Shown: piece by piece, positions 1 to 9,978 of the stretch
Layout of the letters: the number at the start of each line of letters is the position of its first letter
Position numbering within the stretch: position 1 is the stretch's first letter
Source of the DNA: Candidatus Eremiobacteria bacterium
GTDB lineage: Bacteria > Vulcanimicrobiota > Vulcanimicrobiia > Vulcanimicrobiales > Vulcanimicrobiaceae
Assembly: GCA_963737065.1 (NCBI GenBank)
Contig: CAVTRC010000002.1
Location: forward strand, 517,125 to 581,124
DNA: 64,000 nt
Direction of reading: 5' to 3'
Notes under the pieces: model-generated
Database searches by the model: none
Told to the model about the DNA's origin: nothing
What the model saw: only the letters and a program-made list of their open reading frames with translations
Position numbers and translations under genes: made by a program

Positions 1-106
1 TGTACGTTTCGACGACGACCGGCGTATTTTTCGGCACGTGCGCGGTCGTCGTAGCGGCGCAAGCGAGAACCGCCAGGCACAACACGCCGGCCCGCGAACC
101 GTTCAT
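1..106 (-). CDS. Partial (3'-truncated by window edge) putative secreted protein
   Basis: Read by eye: ATG at 106 overlaps the upstream stop (ATGA at 103-106) and gives MNGSRAGVLCLAVLACAATTTAHVPKNTPVVVETY..., a signal-peptide-like N-terminus that stays open to the window edge. Confidence 0.6.
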   Translation of the reverse strand, partial: MNGSRAGVLCLAVLACAATTTAHVPKNTPVVVETY

Positions 107-444
107 TTGATCAGCACTACATTGTCGAACGACCGCTTTCGCGCTTGGAACTTTTCGTGAAACGTTCCCGTTACGGTCGCCGTATCGCCGTCGGAATACT
201 TCGATGCGTTCGTTTCGTCGATCGTGACAACACATTTCTTATCGCACACTTGGAATGCAGCTACCGTTCCCATCGGCGTCTTGCTCGTTTGGAAGTGCGC
301 GACCTTGCCGGTAACCGTTACCGTCTGCCCTTCAAATGACGACGGGTTCGCGAGCAACGATGAAGGCGTTAGCTCCGCGGCATTGGCGGGTGCAGTGAGA
401 ACGGCGAGAAGCGAGCATGCGGCAAAAATGCTAAAGCGTGACAT
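103..444 (-). CDS. Small secreted protein, probable OB-fold
   Basis: Signal peptide ending APANA-A; LLANPSSFEGQTVTVTGKV...GDTATVTGTF pattern typical of extracytoplasmic OB-folds; CxxxC pair; GGAG RBS. Confidence 0.7.
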   Translation of the reverse strand: MSRFSIFAACSLLAVLTAPANAAELTPSSLLANPSSFEGQTVTVTGKVAHFQTSKTPMGTVAAFQVCDKKCVVTIDETNASKYSDGDTATVTGTFHEKFQARKRSFDNVVLIK

Positions 445-469
445 ATAGAGCTCCTAAAATGTATCGGTG

Positions 470-808
470 TTATTTCGACGGCAAGAGATTGCAGTCGATC
501 ATCTTGTTGAGGAGTGGGCCCGCGACTTTGTTGACGAAGCGCTGGCGCATCGCCGGGTCTTTCTTCATCATGCCGCTCGCCGAGCTTGCGCTGCCGCCGC
601 TTTTACGCGACTTCATGAACGACTCGAATTCCGGGCACGAGTCCGACTGGATCTCCGTGACCATTTGATTGGCGACGTCATCGACGATTTTCGTTTTCAT
701 CTGTTCGCGAATCTGAGCTGATGCATTGCCGCAAAGCGACGCGCCCGCGGCGAGGGCTAATGCAACGGTGAGAGCGAGTGAGGGAAAGAACGAAGCGAAT
801 CGTTTCAT
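470..808 (-). CDS. Small secreted helical hypothetical protein
   Basis: Signal peptide (ASA-Q), two mature cysteines (DSC...IDC), AAAGG RBS; co-oriented with neighbours. Confidence 0.7.
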   Translation of the reverse strand: MKRFASFFPSLALTVALALAAGASLCGNASAQIREQMKTKIVDDVANQMVTEIQSDSCPEFESFMKSRKSGGSASSASGMMKKDPAMRQRFVNKVAGPLLNKMIDCNLLPSK

Positions 809-903
809 TACGACCTTTCATGCGGCTGTGCGCTGTGTATGGCGTCTTTGTTTTGGTTCATTCTGATCGGTGCAAGCGAGTCCGTCTACTGCCGGTCGAA
901 CGC

Positions 904-2340
904 CTAGCCGCCCGACGCACTGTGCGGTTCCGGTTGCCATCCGCCTCCAAGTGCTTTGTAGAGTTGGATCAAGGCCTGGCGTTCGTTGTAGCGAGCTTGA
1001 ATGAGGGCGAGTTCGGCTGAATATGACTGCGTGTCGCTGACGAGCACCTCGAGGTACGATGTTACACCGCCTTCGTAGCGAAGCGAGGCGAGACGCGTTG
1101 CATCGAGCGCCGCAGCCGTTGCCGCCGTTTGCGCTACCGCGGTCTTCCGGCCCTCGTCGTAGGCGACGAGCGCGTTCGAAACATCCTCGACGTCCTGATG
1201 AATCGTCTGGATATATTGGAGCGTCGCGGCTTCTTTGCCCGCCTCGGTGAATCCGACGTTCGCGTGCGCCGCTCCCGCATTGAAAATTTGCTGCACGATC
1301 TGTGGAACGATCGAAATAAAGCCTTCGCCGTACGTCGTGACCATCGCCGGAATGCGGCTGCCGCCCGCCGTCACGGCTTGTGCAGACGCGGCTCCTGCCG
1401 ACGATGCAATCGTGAACTGTGGAAAAAGGAGCGCTTTTGCCTCTCCAATCTGTGCGTTTGCCGCGATGAGTGATGCTTCGGCGGCTTTAATATCCGGACG
1501 GCGCTCGATGAGCGACGCGGGTAGGCCGGTCGCGGGGACCACCGGCATCGCGATCTGCGTCAAGAGCCGGTTGCCGCGTGGAATTGGGTGAGGGTATCCG
1601 CCGATGAGGACGGCGAGGGCGTTCTCGGTCTGTTGGATCGCTTGCTCCAGCGCAGGAATCGCGGCTTGAACTTGCGCGACCAATTCTTGTGACTGGCGCA
1701 CGTCTTGCAGCGTCCCGATGCCGCCCGTAAACCGCGCCGTGACCAAATCGAGCGACGCTTTCCGAGCCGCTAGCGTTCGTCGCGACACGTCGAGTTCGCT
1801 GTCGAGTTCGAGAAGCTGAAAATACAACGTCGCGACCGACGACACGACCGTCGAAAGGACGGTTTGCCGGGCGAACTCGGTTTGCAGAACCGTAGCGCGG
1901 GCGGCTGCCGTGGCGCTGCTGACGCGCCCGAACAAATCGACTTCATACGAGAGCGTGAGCAAGCCTGTCGGGACGAAGGTCGACCGCGCCGACGTCGCAG
2001 GAATCGTGCCGTTCGTTCGCTGATACGGCGCGCTCAGCCCCGCGTTGATCTCCGGGAACCGTCCGGCACCGGCGATCGTGAGTTGTGCTTCCGCTTGCTC
2101 GATCCGTTGCGCTGCAATGAGGACATCTTGATTGTCTGCAACGGCCGTCCGAAGCAATTGCTGTAGCTGCGGGTCGCGAAACACTTGCCACCAGCCGAGA
2201 TCTCCGAACGACTCCGCGCTTGACGGCGTCGCAGCCGTTCCCGGGTACACGGGCGGCAGCATCGCATCCGGCCGTTGATACGGCGCGGCGCACGTCGCGA
2301 GCACCTGCAGAGAAAGAAGGGCCGCGGCAAGCAGTTTCAT
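904..2340 (-). CDS. RND efflux outer membrane factor lipoprotein (NodT/OprM family)
   Basis: WWQVFRDPQLQQL, SYEVDLFG, LIERRPDIKAAE and C-terminal LYKALGGGW motifs; Cys after hydrophobic signal; overlaps the RND permease stop. Confidence 0.95.
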   Translation of the reverse strand: MKLLAAALLSLQVLATCAAPYQRPDAMLPPVYPGTAATPSSAESFGDLGWWQVFRDPQLQQLLRTAVADNQDVLIAAQRIEQAEAQLTIAGAGRFPEINAGLSAPYQRTNGTIPATSARSTFVPTGLLTLSYEVDLFGRVSSATAAARATVLQTEFARQTVLSTVVSSVATLYFQLLELDSELDVSRRTLAARKASLDLVTARFTGGIGTLQDVRQSQELVAQVQAAIPALEQAIQQTENALAVLIGGYPHPIPRGNRLLTQIAMPVVPATGLPASLIERRPDIKAAEASLIAANAQIGEAKALLFPQFTIASSAGAASAQAVTAGGSRIPAMVTTYGEGFISIVPQIVQQIFNAGAAHANVGFTEAGKEAATLQYIQTIHQDVEDVSNALVAYDEGRKTAVAQTAATAAALDATRLASLRYEGGVTSYLEVLVSDTQSYSAELALIQARYNERQALIQLYKALGGGWQPEPHSASGG

Positions 2341-5300
2341 CGTGTCCGAGCCTTTCGGCGTTCGACGAGCGTTTCAATGACGTCGTAGAGGACCGGAATG
2401 AAAAAGATACCGAGCGACGTGGCGAAAATCATTCCGAAGAATACCGCCGTTCCAAGCGAATGGCGCGACGCCGCGCCGGCGCCCGACGCGAGCATCAAGG
2501 GAATGACGCCGAATATGAACGCGAGCGATGTCATCAATATGGGACGTAAACGCACCTTTGCGCCTTGAAGCGCGGCCTCGAACGGCGTAAGGTTGCCGCG
2601 CTCTCGCAAGTCTTTTGCGAACTCGACGATGAGAATCGCGTTCTTCGCCGCGAGCCCGATCAGCATGATGAGACCGATTTGCACGTACACGTCATTGGGC
2701 AAGTGCCATATACTCGCGCCGAAAAATGCGCCGAAGACGCCGATCGGGATTCCCAAGATCACGCCAAAGGGAATCGCCCAGCTTTCATAGAGGGCCGCGA
2801 GGAACAAGAATACGAGCACGATCGATAGCACAAACGTCACTGCTTGCGTGCTTCCGGCAAGTTGTTGCTCGTATGCGGTTCCGCTCCACTCGTATGCAAA
2901 CCCCGGTGGCACTCTGCTCTTTGCAACGTCTTCCATCGCCGCAATTGACTGTCCCGAACTATAGCCGGCCGCAGTTTGTCCGTCGATTTCCGCGGTGCGG
3001 TAGACGTTATAGCGCTGGATGACGTTTGCACCGCTTGCTAATCGCGGATTCGAAAAGGTACTCAACGGCACCATCTTTCCTTGCATCGAGCGCACCATGA
3101 GCGTGCCGATATCAGACGGCGTCATGCGATACTGCGGTTCGGCCTGCACCATCACTTTCCAACTGTTGTTGAAGAGAATGACGTTGTTGACGATCATTCC
3201 GCCAAGTTCCGCTTGCAACGTCTGAAACACAGAATCGAGCGGAATGGCGAGCTGATGGACCTTGTCACGATCCAGCGAGAGGTCGATCTGCGGATAATCG
3301 ATCGAGTACGCGGAGCTCACATTCGCGACTTCCGGACGTTGCATGGCTGCCGTCACGATGTCGTTTGCCGCCTTCGAAAGATCGGCCGGCGAGTGTCCCG
3401 AGCGGTCTTCGAGCATGAACTGAAAGCCGCCGGAGTTTCCGAGGCCCGGGATCGGTGGCGGTGGAATCGGAAGGATACGCGCTTCGACGTGTTTTGATGC
3501 GCGCGCGTATGCCTCCAGCAAGATAGAACGCAGCGACGTCTGTTTGCTTTTGCGCTCGTCCCACGGGTCCAGCGTTACAGCGATCGATGCAACGTTCGAT
3601 TGCGTCTGACTATTGAGAACGTTGAAACCGCCGAGCGTGACGACGTTTGCAATACCCGGGATCGAACGAATGTCGCCCACGATGCTTTGCGCGACCGATT
3701 GCGTCCGCGGTAACGCGGAGCCGGCCGGAAGCGAGACCGAGAGAAAAAAATAGCCCTGATCTTCGAGTGGAACGAAGCTTCCCGGGAGCTTTAGGAAAAG
3801 GCCTGCTGCCCCGGCGGCGATCAACAGCAGCGCTAACAACATGACGGCGGACTTGCGCATCACCGCGGCGAGCGCACTCGAATACCGATCGCGAAAGCGA
3901 TCGAAACCGGCGTTGAAGCGGTCGAAAAACCGTCCCAACGGGTTTACCGCGTGCGTACGCGGTCGAAGCAGCAGCGCACAGAGCGCCGGAGTCAACGTAA
4001 GCGCCACGATCGCGGACAGGATAACCGAAAACGAAATCGTGAGCGCAAACTGCTGGTAGAGTTGCCCGGTGATGCCTGCAAGAAAGGCGGCCGGTACGAA
4101 AACGGCCGTCAACACGAGCGCGACCGCGATGACGGGTCCCTGCACGTCTTCCATCGCCGCGATCGCCGCGTCCTTCGGCGCAAGTCCGCCTTCAATGTGC
4201 GACTCGGTTGCTTCAACGACGACGATTGCATCGTCGACCACGATGCCGATCGCAAGAACAATACCGAAGAGCGAGAGCGTATTGACGGAAAAACCGAGGG
4301 GCACGAAGGCCGCGAACGTCCCGATCAGCGCGACGGGAACGGCAAGCAACGGAATGATCGTGGCGCGAACGCTTCCAAGGAAAATGAAGACGACGAGGGA
4401 GACGAGGAGGAAAGCTAAGAGCAGCGTCACGAGCACGTCGTGGATCGAGGCATGCACGAACGCCGTCGTATCGAGCGTTACGTTGTACGTGAGCCCGGGC
4501 GGAAACGCCTTCGCAAGCTGGTCCAACGTTGAGCGGACCGCATTTGCCGTTTGAATCGCATTCGCGGTCGGTGTTTGATAGATCAGGATGTTGACGGCGG
4601 GCCTGCCGTTAAAATCGCTAAAGAGCGAATACGACTGCGCCGCGAGTTCAGCTCGGCCGACCTGTCCGAGGCGGATGAACGAACCGTTCGAAAGCGACTT
4701 GAGGACGACGTTATCGAACTCGGCACTCGAGCCGAGCAGGCCTTTCACGTTTACCGGCATCTGGAACTGCGGCTGCGAGCCGGAAGGCGGTAAGCCGAGT
4801 TGTCCTGCGGGTGCGAGCGCGTTTTGGTTCGTCAACGCGTTGACGACGTCGCTCGTGTCGAGATCGAGGCCCGCGAGCGCATCGGGACGGATCCAGATTC
4901 GCATCGAATAGTTTCCTGCGCCCATGAGGGTCGTGTTGCCGACGCCGTTCACGCGGTTGAGCGCATTGAGTACGTTGATCGTCGCATAATTACTGAGGAA
5001 CAGCGAATCGTACAGATTATCGGGCGAGTAGAGCGTGACGATCAATAAGATCGCGGGCGACTGAGGTTTCACCGTGATCCCGTAGGAGTTTACGGCCGAG
5101 GGCAGTGTACTCTGCGCTGCTTGGACGCGGTTTTGCACGAGATTCGCGTCGTCGTTGATGTTCGATCCGACGTTGAACGTGGCCGTGAGATTGTACGCGC
5201 CGTTTGAGGTGCTGTAGGAATTGAGGTACATGAGGTTTGGGACGCCGTTGACCTTCGTTTCAATATTCGTTGCAACGGCTTGCTCGACGATTGAAGCGTT

Positions 5301-5456
5301 GGCCCCGGGATAAGCCGTGCTCACCTGCACGGTGGGAGGCGTTATCTGCGGGAACTGTGCGACGGGCAGTACGACGATCGCGATTGCGCCGGCAAGCGCG
5401 ATGACGAGTGAGAGCACCATCGCGAAGACCGGGCGCTCGATGAAAAACCGCGACAT
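2337..5456 (-). CDS. HAE1-family RND efflux permease (AcrB/MexB-like)
   Basis: MSRFFIERPVFA start, AIGIVVDDAIVVVE, GLAAKNAILIVEFA and RLRPILMTS proton-relay motifs; 1039 aa. Confidence 0.97.
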   Translation of the reverse strand: MSRFFIERPVFAMVLSLVIALAGAIAIVVLPVAQFPQITPPTVQVSTAYPGANASIVEQAVATNIETKVNGVPNLMYLNSYSTSNGAYNLTATFNVGSNINDDANLVQNRVQAAQSTLPSAVNSYGITVKPQSPAILLIVTLYSPDNLYDSLFLSNYATINVLNALNRVNGVGNTTLMGAGNYSMRIWIRPDALAGLDLDTSDVVNALTNQNALAPAGQLGLPPSGSQPQFQMPVNVKGLLGSSAEFDNVVLKSLSNGSFIRLGQVGRAELAAQSYSLFSDFNGRPAVNILIYQTPTANAIQTANAVRSTLDQLAKAFPPGLTYNVTLDTTAFVHASIHDVLVTLLLAFLLVSLVVFIFLGSVRATIIPLLAVPVALIGTFAAFVPLGFSVNTLSLFGIVLAIGIVVDDAIVVVEATESHIEGGLAPKDAAIAAMEDVQGPVIAVALVLTAVFVPAAFLAGITGQLYQQFALTISFSVILSAIVALTLTPALCALLLRPRTHAVNPLGRFFDRFNAGFDRFRDRYSSALAAVMRKSAVMLLALLLIAAGAAGLFLKLPGSFVPLEDQGYFFLSVSLPAGSALPRTQSVAQSIVGDIRSIPGIANVVTLGGFNVLNSQTQSNVASIAVTLDPWDERKSKQTSLRSILLEAYARASKHVEARILPIPPPPIPGLGNSGGFQFMLEDRSGHSPADLSKAANDIVTAAMQRPEVANVSSAYSIDYPQIDLSLDRDKVHQLAIPLDSVFQTLQAELGGMIVNNVILFNNSWKVMVQAEPQYRMTPSDIGTLMVRSMQGKMVPLSTFSNPRLASGANVIQRYNVYRTAEIDGQTAAGYSSGQSIAAMEDVAKSRVPPGFAYEWSGTAYEQQLAGSTQAVTFVLSIVLVFLFLAALYESWAIPFGVILGIPIGVFGAFFGASIWHLPNDVYVQIGLIMLIGLAAKNAILIVEFAKDLRERGNLTPFEAALQGAKVRLRPILMTSLAFIFGVIPLMLASGAGAASRHSLGTAVFFGMIFATSLGIFFIPVLYDVIETLVERRKARTR

Positions 5457-5460
5457 CGGG

Positions 5461-6729
5461 TCAGGGAGTCCCGCCGGATTGAACGGTGACGATGCTGCCC
5501 GGCGCGATACGCGCGCTCGGCGAGAGGATCACTTCATCGCCGGCGTTCACGCCCGACTGCACGACGATATCGGGACCGTACGACGTGCCGGTTCGAATCG
5601 TTCGCAGTTGCACTTTCCTTCCCGGACCAACGACGTACACGATCGGTGTGCCTTGGTACGAAGTGATCGCACTCTGCGGAGCGATCAGCGCACCACGCTG
5701 CTGCGAAATCACGAATCGCACACGGGCGAACTGGCCGGGGCGCAAAAAGGCGTCGGGATTCGGGAAGATCGATTCCACCGAGATCGTTCCGGTCGTTGGG
5801 TCTACCGCGCGGTTGATATTCGTCGCGCGCCCCCCATACGGGTACAGTGAACCGTCCGACAAATAGAGCTGCAAGGGCGGTCCCTGTCTGCCTCGCATCG
5901 CTAGCAGACGCTTCGCGACCTTGAGATAGTCCGATTCGCTCAGTTGAAAAATCGCTTTGATCGGATCGATCGTCGATACGGTCGCGAGCGTCGAGCCTTT
6001 TGCCGGGCCGACGAGATTGCCCTCATCGACCTGCGCGAAGCTGATGATCCCCGTGACGGGTGATGAAATCGTCGTATACGAGAGATTCAGACGCGCGTTC
6101 ACCAGTTGCGCTTGGGCTTCGGCGACATTGCCTTGCGCGGTCAGAACACTCGACTGCTGGGTTAATTCGACGTCTTGCACGTTTGCGCGCGCGGCGGCCA
6201 CGTCGGCCACGGCGATGTCGTACTGCGTTTTCGTCTGATCGTAATCTTTTTGTGAAACAGCGTGTTTGGCCGCAAGCGGTCCCATGCGCGCAAGCTCGAC
6301 TTTTTGATACTGGTACGCGGCGAGGGCTTGCGCGAGCTTTGCTTTCGCCGCTTGATCGGACACGTTGCTTTGCGCGTGCATCAAGTCGGCACGCGCCTTT
6401 TGGAGCGCGCCTTGCGCGGCTTCCACGTCGGCTTGGTATGGTTCTTGCTGGATTTGCATGAGCGGCTGCCCTCGGTGCACGAGCGAGCCGTTCTTGAAAT
6501 AGATGCGATCCAGTGTGCCTTGCACGCGCGCGGTGAGATCCACTTGCTGCAATGCCTGCGTTTGCGCAACGTATTCCGCAGTGACCGGGACCGTCGTGGC
6601 GCGTACGCGGACAACACGCACCGTTTGAGGCGGCGGTTGCGCTTTGACCTGCGGCGCACTGCATGCTCCGAGCGGCAAACACAGGAGCATAGCAAGATGC
6701 CCGAACCGATGAACGATCGCCGAAGCCAA
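5461..6729 (-). CDS. RND periplasmic adaptor (membrane fusion protein)
   Basis: Lipobox LGAC, ARVQGTL lipoyl motif, long coiled coil, NLSYTTISSPVTG, VDPTTGT, LRPGQF. Confidence 0.95.
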   Translation of the reverse strand: MASAIVHRFGHLAMLLCLPLGACSAPQVKAQPPPQTVRVVRVRATTVPVTAEYVAQTQALQQVDLTARVQGTLDRIYFKNGSLVHRGQPLMQIQQEPYQADVEAAQGALQKARADLMHAQSNVSDQAAKAKLAQALAAYQYQKVELARMGPLAAKHAVSQKDYDQTKTQYDIAVADVAAARANVQDVELTQQSSVLTAQGNVAEAQAQLVNARLNLSYTTISSPVTGIISFAQVDEGNLVGPAKGSTLATVSTIDPIKAIFQLSESDYLKVAKRLLAMRGRQGPPLQLYLSDGSLYPYGGRATNINRAVDPTTGTISVESIFPNPDAFLRPGQFARVRFVISQQRGALIAPQSAITSYQGTPIVYVVGPGRKVQLRTIRTGTSYGPDIVVQSGVNAGDEVILSPSARIAPGSIVTVQSGGTP

Positions 6730-6735
6730 TATCCC

Positions 6736-6769
6736 TCCGACGTTTGGACGTCCGACGTGTGGTCCGACC
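6736..6769. promoter_or_regulatory. Possible operator upstream of the RND operon (three TCCGAC repeats; GGTCCGACC near-palindrome)
   Basis: TCCGACGTTTGG (6736), TCCGACGTGTGG (6751), TCCGACC (6763); 6761-6769 resembles the GntR/FadR-type GGTCnGACC site. Confidence 0.25.
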
Positions 6770-6804
6770 GTCCGGGAGAACTTACCGTTCAGCTTCGTCG
6801 GTCC

Positions 6805-7803
6805 CTACGGGGCCGGTGCGTCGGGCACCAACACGATCTTGCCGACGCGATCCGGCGACTCGAGCCGCTCGTGCGCTCGGGCGGCCTGCGAGAACGTGAA
6901 GAGCGAATCGACAACCGGAGCAATCGGATGTCGCGCCGGCAGCAGCGGCCAAATTTTGGCCCGCAAGCCGCGCGCGATCTCGGCCTTTTCATCTCCAGTG
7001 CGTGGACGCAAGCTCGAGCCGAAGATCGTGGCGCGTCGTTGCAAGAGATATCGCAAGTCAACGGTTGCGACGGCACCGCCGCCCGTCGCGAGGCACGCGA
7101 TCCGGCCTTCGAGCGCAAGTGCTCGCAAATCGCGACCGATGTACTCGCCGCCCACAATGTCGAGTGCGACATCGACGCCGCGACCATGCGTGATTTCGCG
7201 CACGCGTTCGACGAAATCGCTCGTGCGGTAATTGATCGCAGCCGATGCGCCGAGCGCAATGGCGGCGCTGCACTTTTCATCCGAACCGGCGGTCGCGATG
7301 GCACTTGCGCCGGCCGCTTGAGCCATCTGTATCGCCATCGTTCCGATCCCGCTCGTACCCCCGTGCACGAGCACGACTTCTCCGGCGGCTAACCGCGCGC
7401 GCACGATGAGGTTGTCGAATACGGTGAAGGCGTTCTCGGGAAGCGTTGCGCCTTCGACGAACGACCATTGCGGCGGCAGTGGCAGAACCTGTCCGGCCGG
7501 GACCGCAACGAACTCGGCGTAGCCGCCGCCGTTGCACAGCGCCACGACGGGCTCGCCGACGCGGAAATCGAGGACGTCGTCGCCGGCTGCGGCGATAATG
7601 CCGGATACTTCGAGTCCAAGGTTCGGTGATGCGCCCGGCGGAGGAGGGTAGGCGCCGGAGCGCTGCAGTGCATCGGGACGAGCGACGCCCGCCGCTTCAA
7701 CTTCGATCAACACTTCGCCCGGTGCAGGATGCGGCTGCGCTGCCTCGGCGACGTACAAAACGTCAGCAGCGCCGTGCTCGCGCATCGCTACATATCGCAT
7801 CAC
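6805..7803 (-). CDS. NAD(P)H-quinone oxidoreductase (PIG3/zeta-crystallin MDR family)
   Basis: GAYPPPPGAS, GLEVSG, VLVHGGTSGIGT nucleotide-binding loop, GSSLRPR, GKIVL. Confidence 0.93.
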   Translation of the reverse strand: MMRYVAMREHGAADVLYVAEAAQPHPAPGEVLIEVEAAGVARPDALQRSGAYPPPPGASPNLGLEVSGIIAAAGDDVLDFRVGEPVVALCNGGGYAEFVAVPAGQVLPLPPQWSFVEGATLPENAFTVFDNLIVRARLAAGEVVLVHGGTSGIGTMAIQMAQAAGASAIATAGSDEKCSAAIALGASAAINYRTSDFVERVREITHGRGVDVALDIVGGEYIGRDLRALALEGRIACLATGGGAVATVDLRYLLQRRATIFGSSLRPRTGDEKAEIARGLRAKIWPLLPARHPIAPVVDSLFTFSQAARAHERLESPDRVGKIVLVPDAPAP

Positions 7804-8873
7804 CCGTGCGTTCTCGCCGAAGGTTCGAGAAACATCGCGTCGCCGAATGAGAAGAAACGATATGAATGCGAGACGGCTTCGCGATACGCGTGCAAAATGC
7901 GTTCGCGACCCGCGAACGCGCTCACTAAAACCAGTAGCGTCGAGCGCGGCAGATGAAAGTTTGTAATCATCGCATCGACGACGGCAAAAACAAAACCGGG
8001 ACGAATGAAGATTGTCGTCGACCCTTCTCCCGCCGTGACTGCGCCGCGGGATTGCGCGTTGCCTTCCAGTGCGCGAACGACCGTCGTTCCCGCCGCAACG
8101 ATACGCCGCCCGTCACGCTTTGCGCGAACGATCGTTTCGGCCGTCGCGGGCGGAATTTCGTACGTCTCGGCATGCATCGTGTGCTCGGCGAGGCGCGGGG
8201 TTTTCATCGGCCGGAACGTGCCTATTCCGACGTCGAGCGTCAGGCGCACGATCTCGATGCCGTGCTTGCCGATCGCGTCGAGCAGTTCGGGCGTGAAGTG
8301 AAGCGATGCGGTCGGTGCTGCAACGCTGCCGGGTTGCCGAGCGAACACCGTTTGATACCGTGCCTGGGCTTCTTCCGAATCGTTGTGAATGTACGGCGGC
8401 AGCGGCAGACGGCCCGCGCGTTCTAAAAACGTTTCGAACGGCATGGCAAGCTCGAACTGCAGCATGCGAACGCCTTCGCCGAGTTCCGACGTGACGCGTG
8501 CGATACCGAGATCGGCGAACGCGATCGTTGCGCCTGGACGCAGCCGCTTCGCGGGACGCACGAGCGCGGACCAGACGTTTGCATGCGGATCGTAGCGAGC
8601 GCCGTCAGCCGGGTGCAGTAAAAGAACTTCGACCGAGCCGCCCGTCTGCGCTCGCGTTCCGAAGAGCCGTGCCGCGATTACGCGCGTCTCGTTGAGAACC
8701 AGCACGTCGCCCGCGCGCAGCACGGACGGAAGATCGCGAAAAATCTTGTGTTCGATACCGCAGGGACGCACGACCATCAAACGGCTTGCATCCCGCACGG
8801 ACGCAGGATGCTGCGCGATCAACTCATCCGGCAGATCGAACGAATACGCCGAGGCGAGATCCTCGGGGTTCAT
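7800..8873 (-). CDS. queA: S-adenosylmethionine:tRNA ribosyltransferase-isomerase
   Basis: FDLPDELIAQHP, LNETRVIAARL, LPLPPYI, YQTVFA, GSVAAPTASLHF, ITNFHLPRSTL, YRFFSFGDAM. Confidence 0.97.
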   Translation of the reverse strand: MNPEDLASAYSFDLPDELIAQHPASVRDASRLMVVRPCGIEHKIFRDLPSVLRAGDVLVLNETRVIAARLFGTRAQTGGSVEVLLLHPADGARYDPHANVWSALVRPAKRLRPGATIAFADLGIARVTSELGEGVRMLQFELAMPFETFLERAGRLPLPPYIHNDSEEAQARYQTVFARQPGSVAAPTASLHFTPELLDAIGKHGIEIVRLTLDVGIGTFRPMKTPRLAEHTMHAETYEIPPATAETIVRAKRDGRRIVAAGTTVVRALEGNAQSRGAVTAGEGSTTIFIRPGFVFAVVDAMITNFHLPRSTLLVLVSAFAGRERILHAYREAVSHSYRFFSFGDAMFLEPSARTHG

Positions 8874-8967
8874 TCGCGTCTCCCTAGCTCGTTAAAACGC
8901 GGAACACGCGTATTCAGCGGACCTCTCCACGCAAGGTGAGAAGTCCGCGAGCGGCTTCGGCTGAGCG

Positions 8968-9978
8968 TCAGTCATGTGCGATCGTCGTTCCCGGAAGATA
9001 GAAACTCAAGATGTCGCTTGAGGAAGCGCCGTCGAGCGCCATTCCGCGTGCACCCCATTGGCAGAGCCCTACCCCATGTCCGAGTCCGCCGCCTTCAATC
9101 CTGACCCGCTCGGGCGCATCGGGCGGCGTACCGACGTTCGTGATCAGCAAGCTTGGGATGGCGCGAGGCCCTATGCGCGCGCGGAAGATTGAACCTTTGA
9201 TCGATGCGACGCCGCGTTCGCACGTAAGTTGCATGGTTCGAATGCGACCGCTTCCATCGAGCGCTTCGGATCGAAGCCCGGTGAGCGCGCCGAAGGGAGC
9301 GATGTCGGCGGCAAATGCTGCACCGATCTGCGCCAACGTGATGTCACGCTTCCATCGATAGTTCGGCGAGTCGCTGCAGTGCGTGCACACGACGCCCACG
9401 AGATACGGGAAAAACGTACCGCCCCAGGCATCGGTTGACGCTTCGGTGTGCCCTCCGCAACACGACGAATACATAATCTCCGCGAAGCCGGCCTGGAAAC
9501 GTAAAACTTGCGCCGCCGTCGCGTCGACGGCAGCGCGCGCGGCGGGCGTCTCACTCGCGATTCCGCCGTAGACTTGATCCGCTTCCGACGGAACGAGATC
9601 GTACGTCCTGCGCGGCGAGCTTCGCTGCAGCACGTACGTTCGCGCGCACACGGCTTGCGCTTGCAGCGCCCCGGCGGGCCACGAGGAAGGCATCTCTCGT
9701 GGAACGACGCTGTACAAATACTGCTCCAGCGCAACGGTCGTGACGATGCTGCCGTCGGGCTCTTGCAGAAACGTTCCGCGATACGGACGCCCTTGGAAGA
9801 GAAACCCTCCGACCGGCAGCGCTTGCGCGTCGCCGCGCCCGAGCAGCACACGCAACGCTTGCGTCGTCGACGACGATGCCGGGTCGAACTCGCGATCGTC
9901 TTGTGCGCGTGCGAATGCCGGGATTACCGTTGCCGCGGCCAATGCGGCGAGGAACTCACGACGCCGCGTCGACCGCAC
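8968..9978 (-). CDS. SpoIID/LytB-domain protein (lytic transglycosylase-like), Tat signal
   Basis: RRREFL twin-arginine motif; LEQYLYSVVPREM, ALQAQAVCARTY, DQVYGG, YSSCCGGHTE, GHGVGLCQWGA. Confidence 0.92.
   Translation of the reverse strand: MRSTRRREFLAALAAATVIPAFARAQDDREFDPASSSTTQALRVLLGRGDAQALPVGGFLFQGRPYRGTFLQEPDGSIVTTVALEQYLYSVVPREMPSSWPAGALQAQAVCARTYVLQRSSPRRTYDLVPSEADQVYGGIASETPAARAAVDATAAQVLRFQAGFAEIMYSSCCGGHTEASTDAWGGTFFPYLVGVVCTHCSDSPNYRWKRDITLAQIGAAFAADIAPFGALTGLRSEALDGSGRIRTMQLTCERGVASIKGSIFRARIGPRAIPSLLITNVGTPPDAPERVRIEGGGLGHGVGLCQWGARGMALDGASSSDILSFYLPGTTIAHD

Noticed and set aside
6262..7392. 376-aa plus-strand ORF (likewise 14110-15147, 17812-18843, 30358-31191)
   Set aside because: Antisense shadows of well-supported minus-strand genes in GC-rich DNA; no motifs
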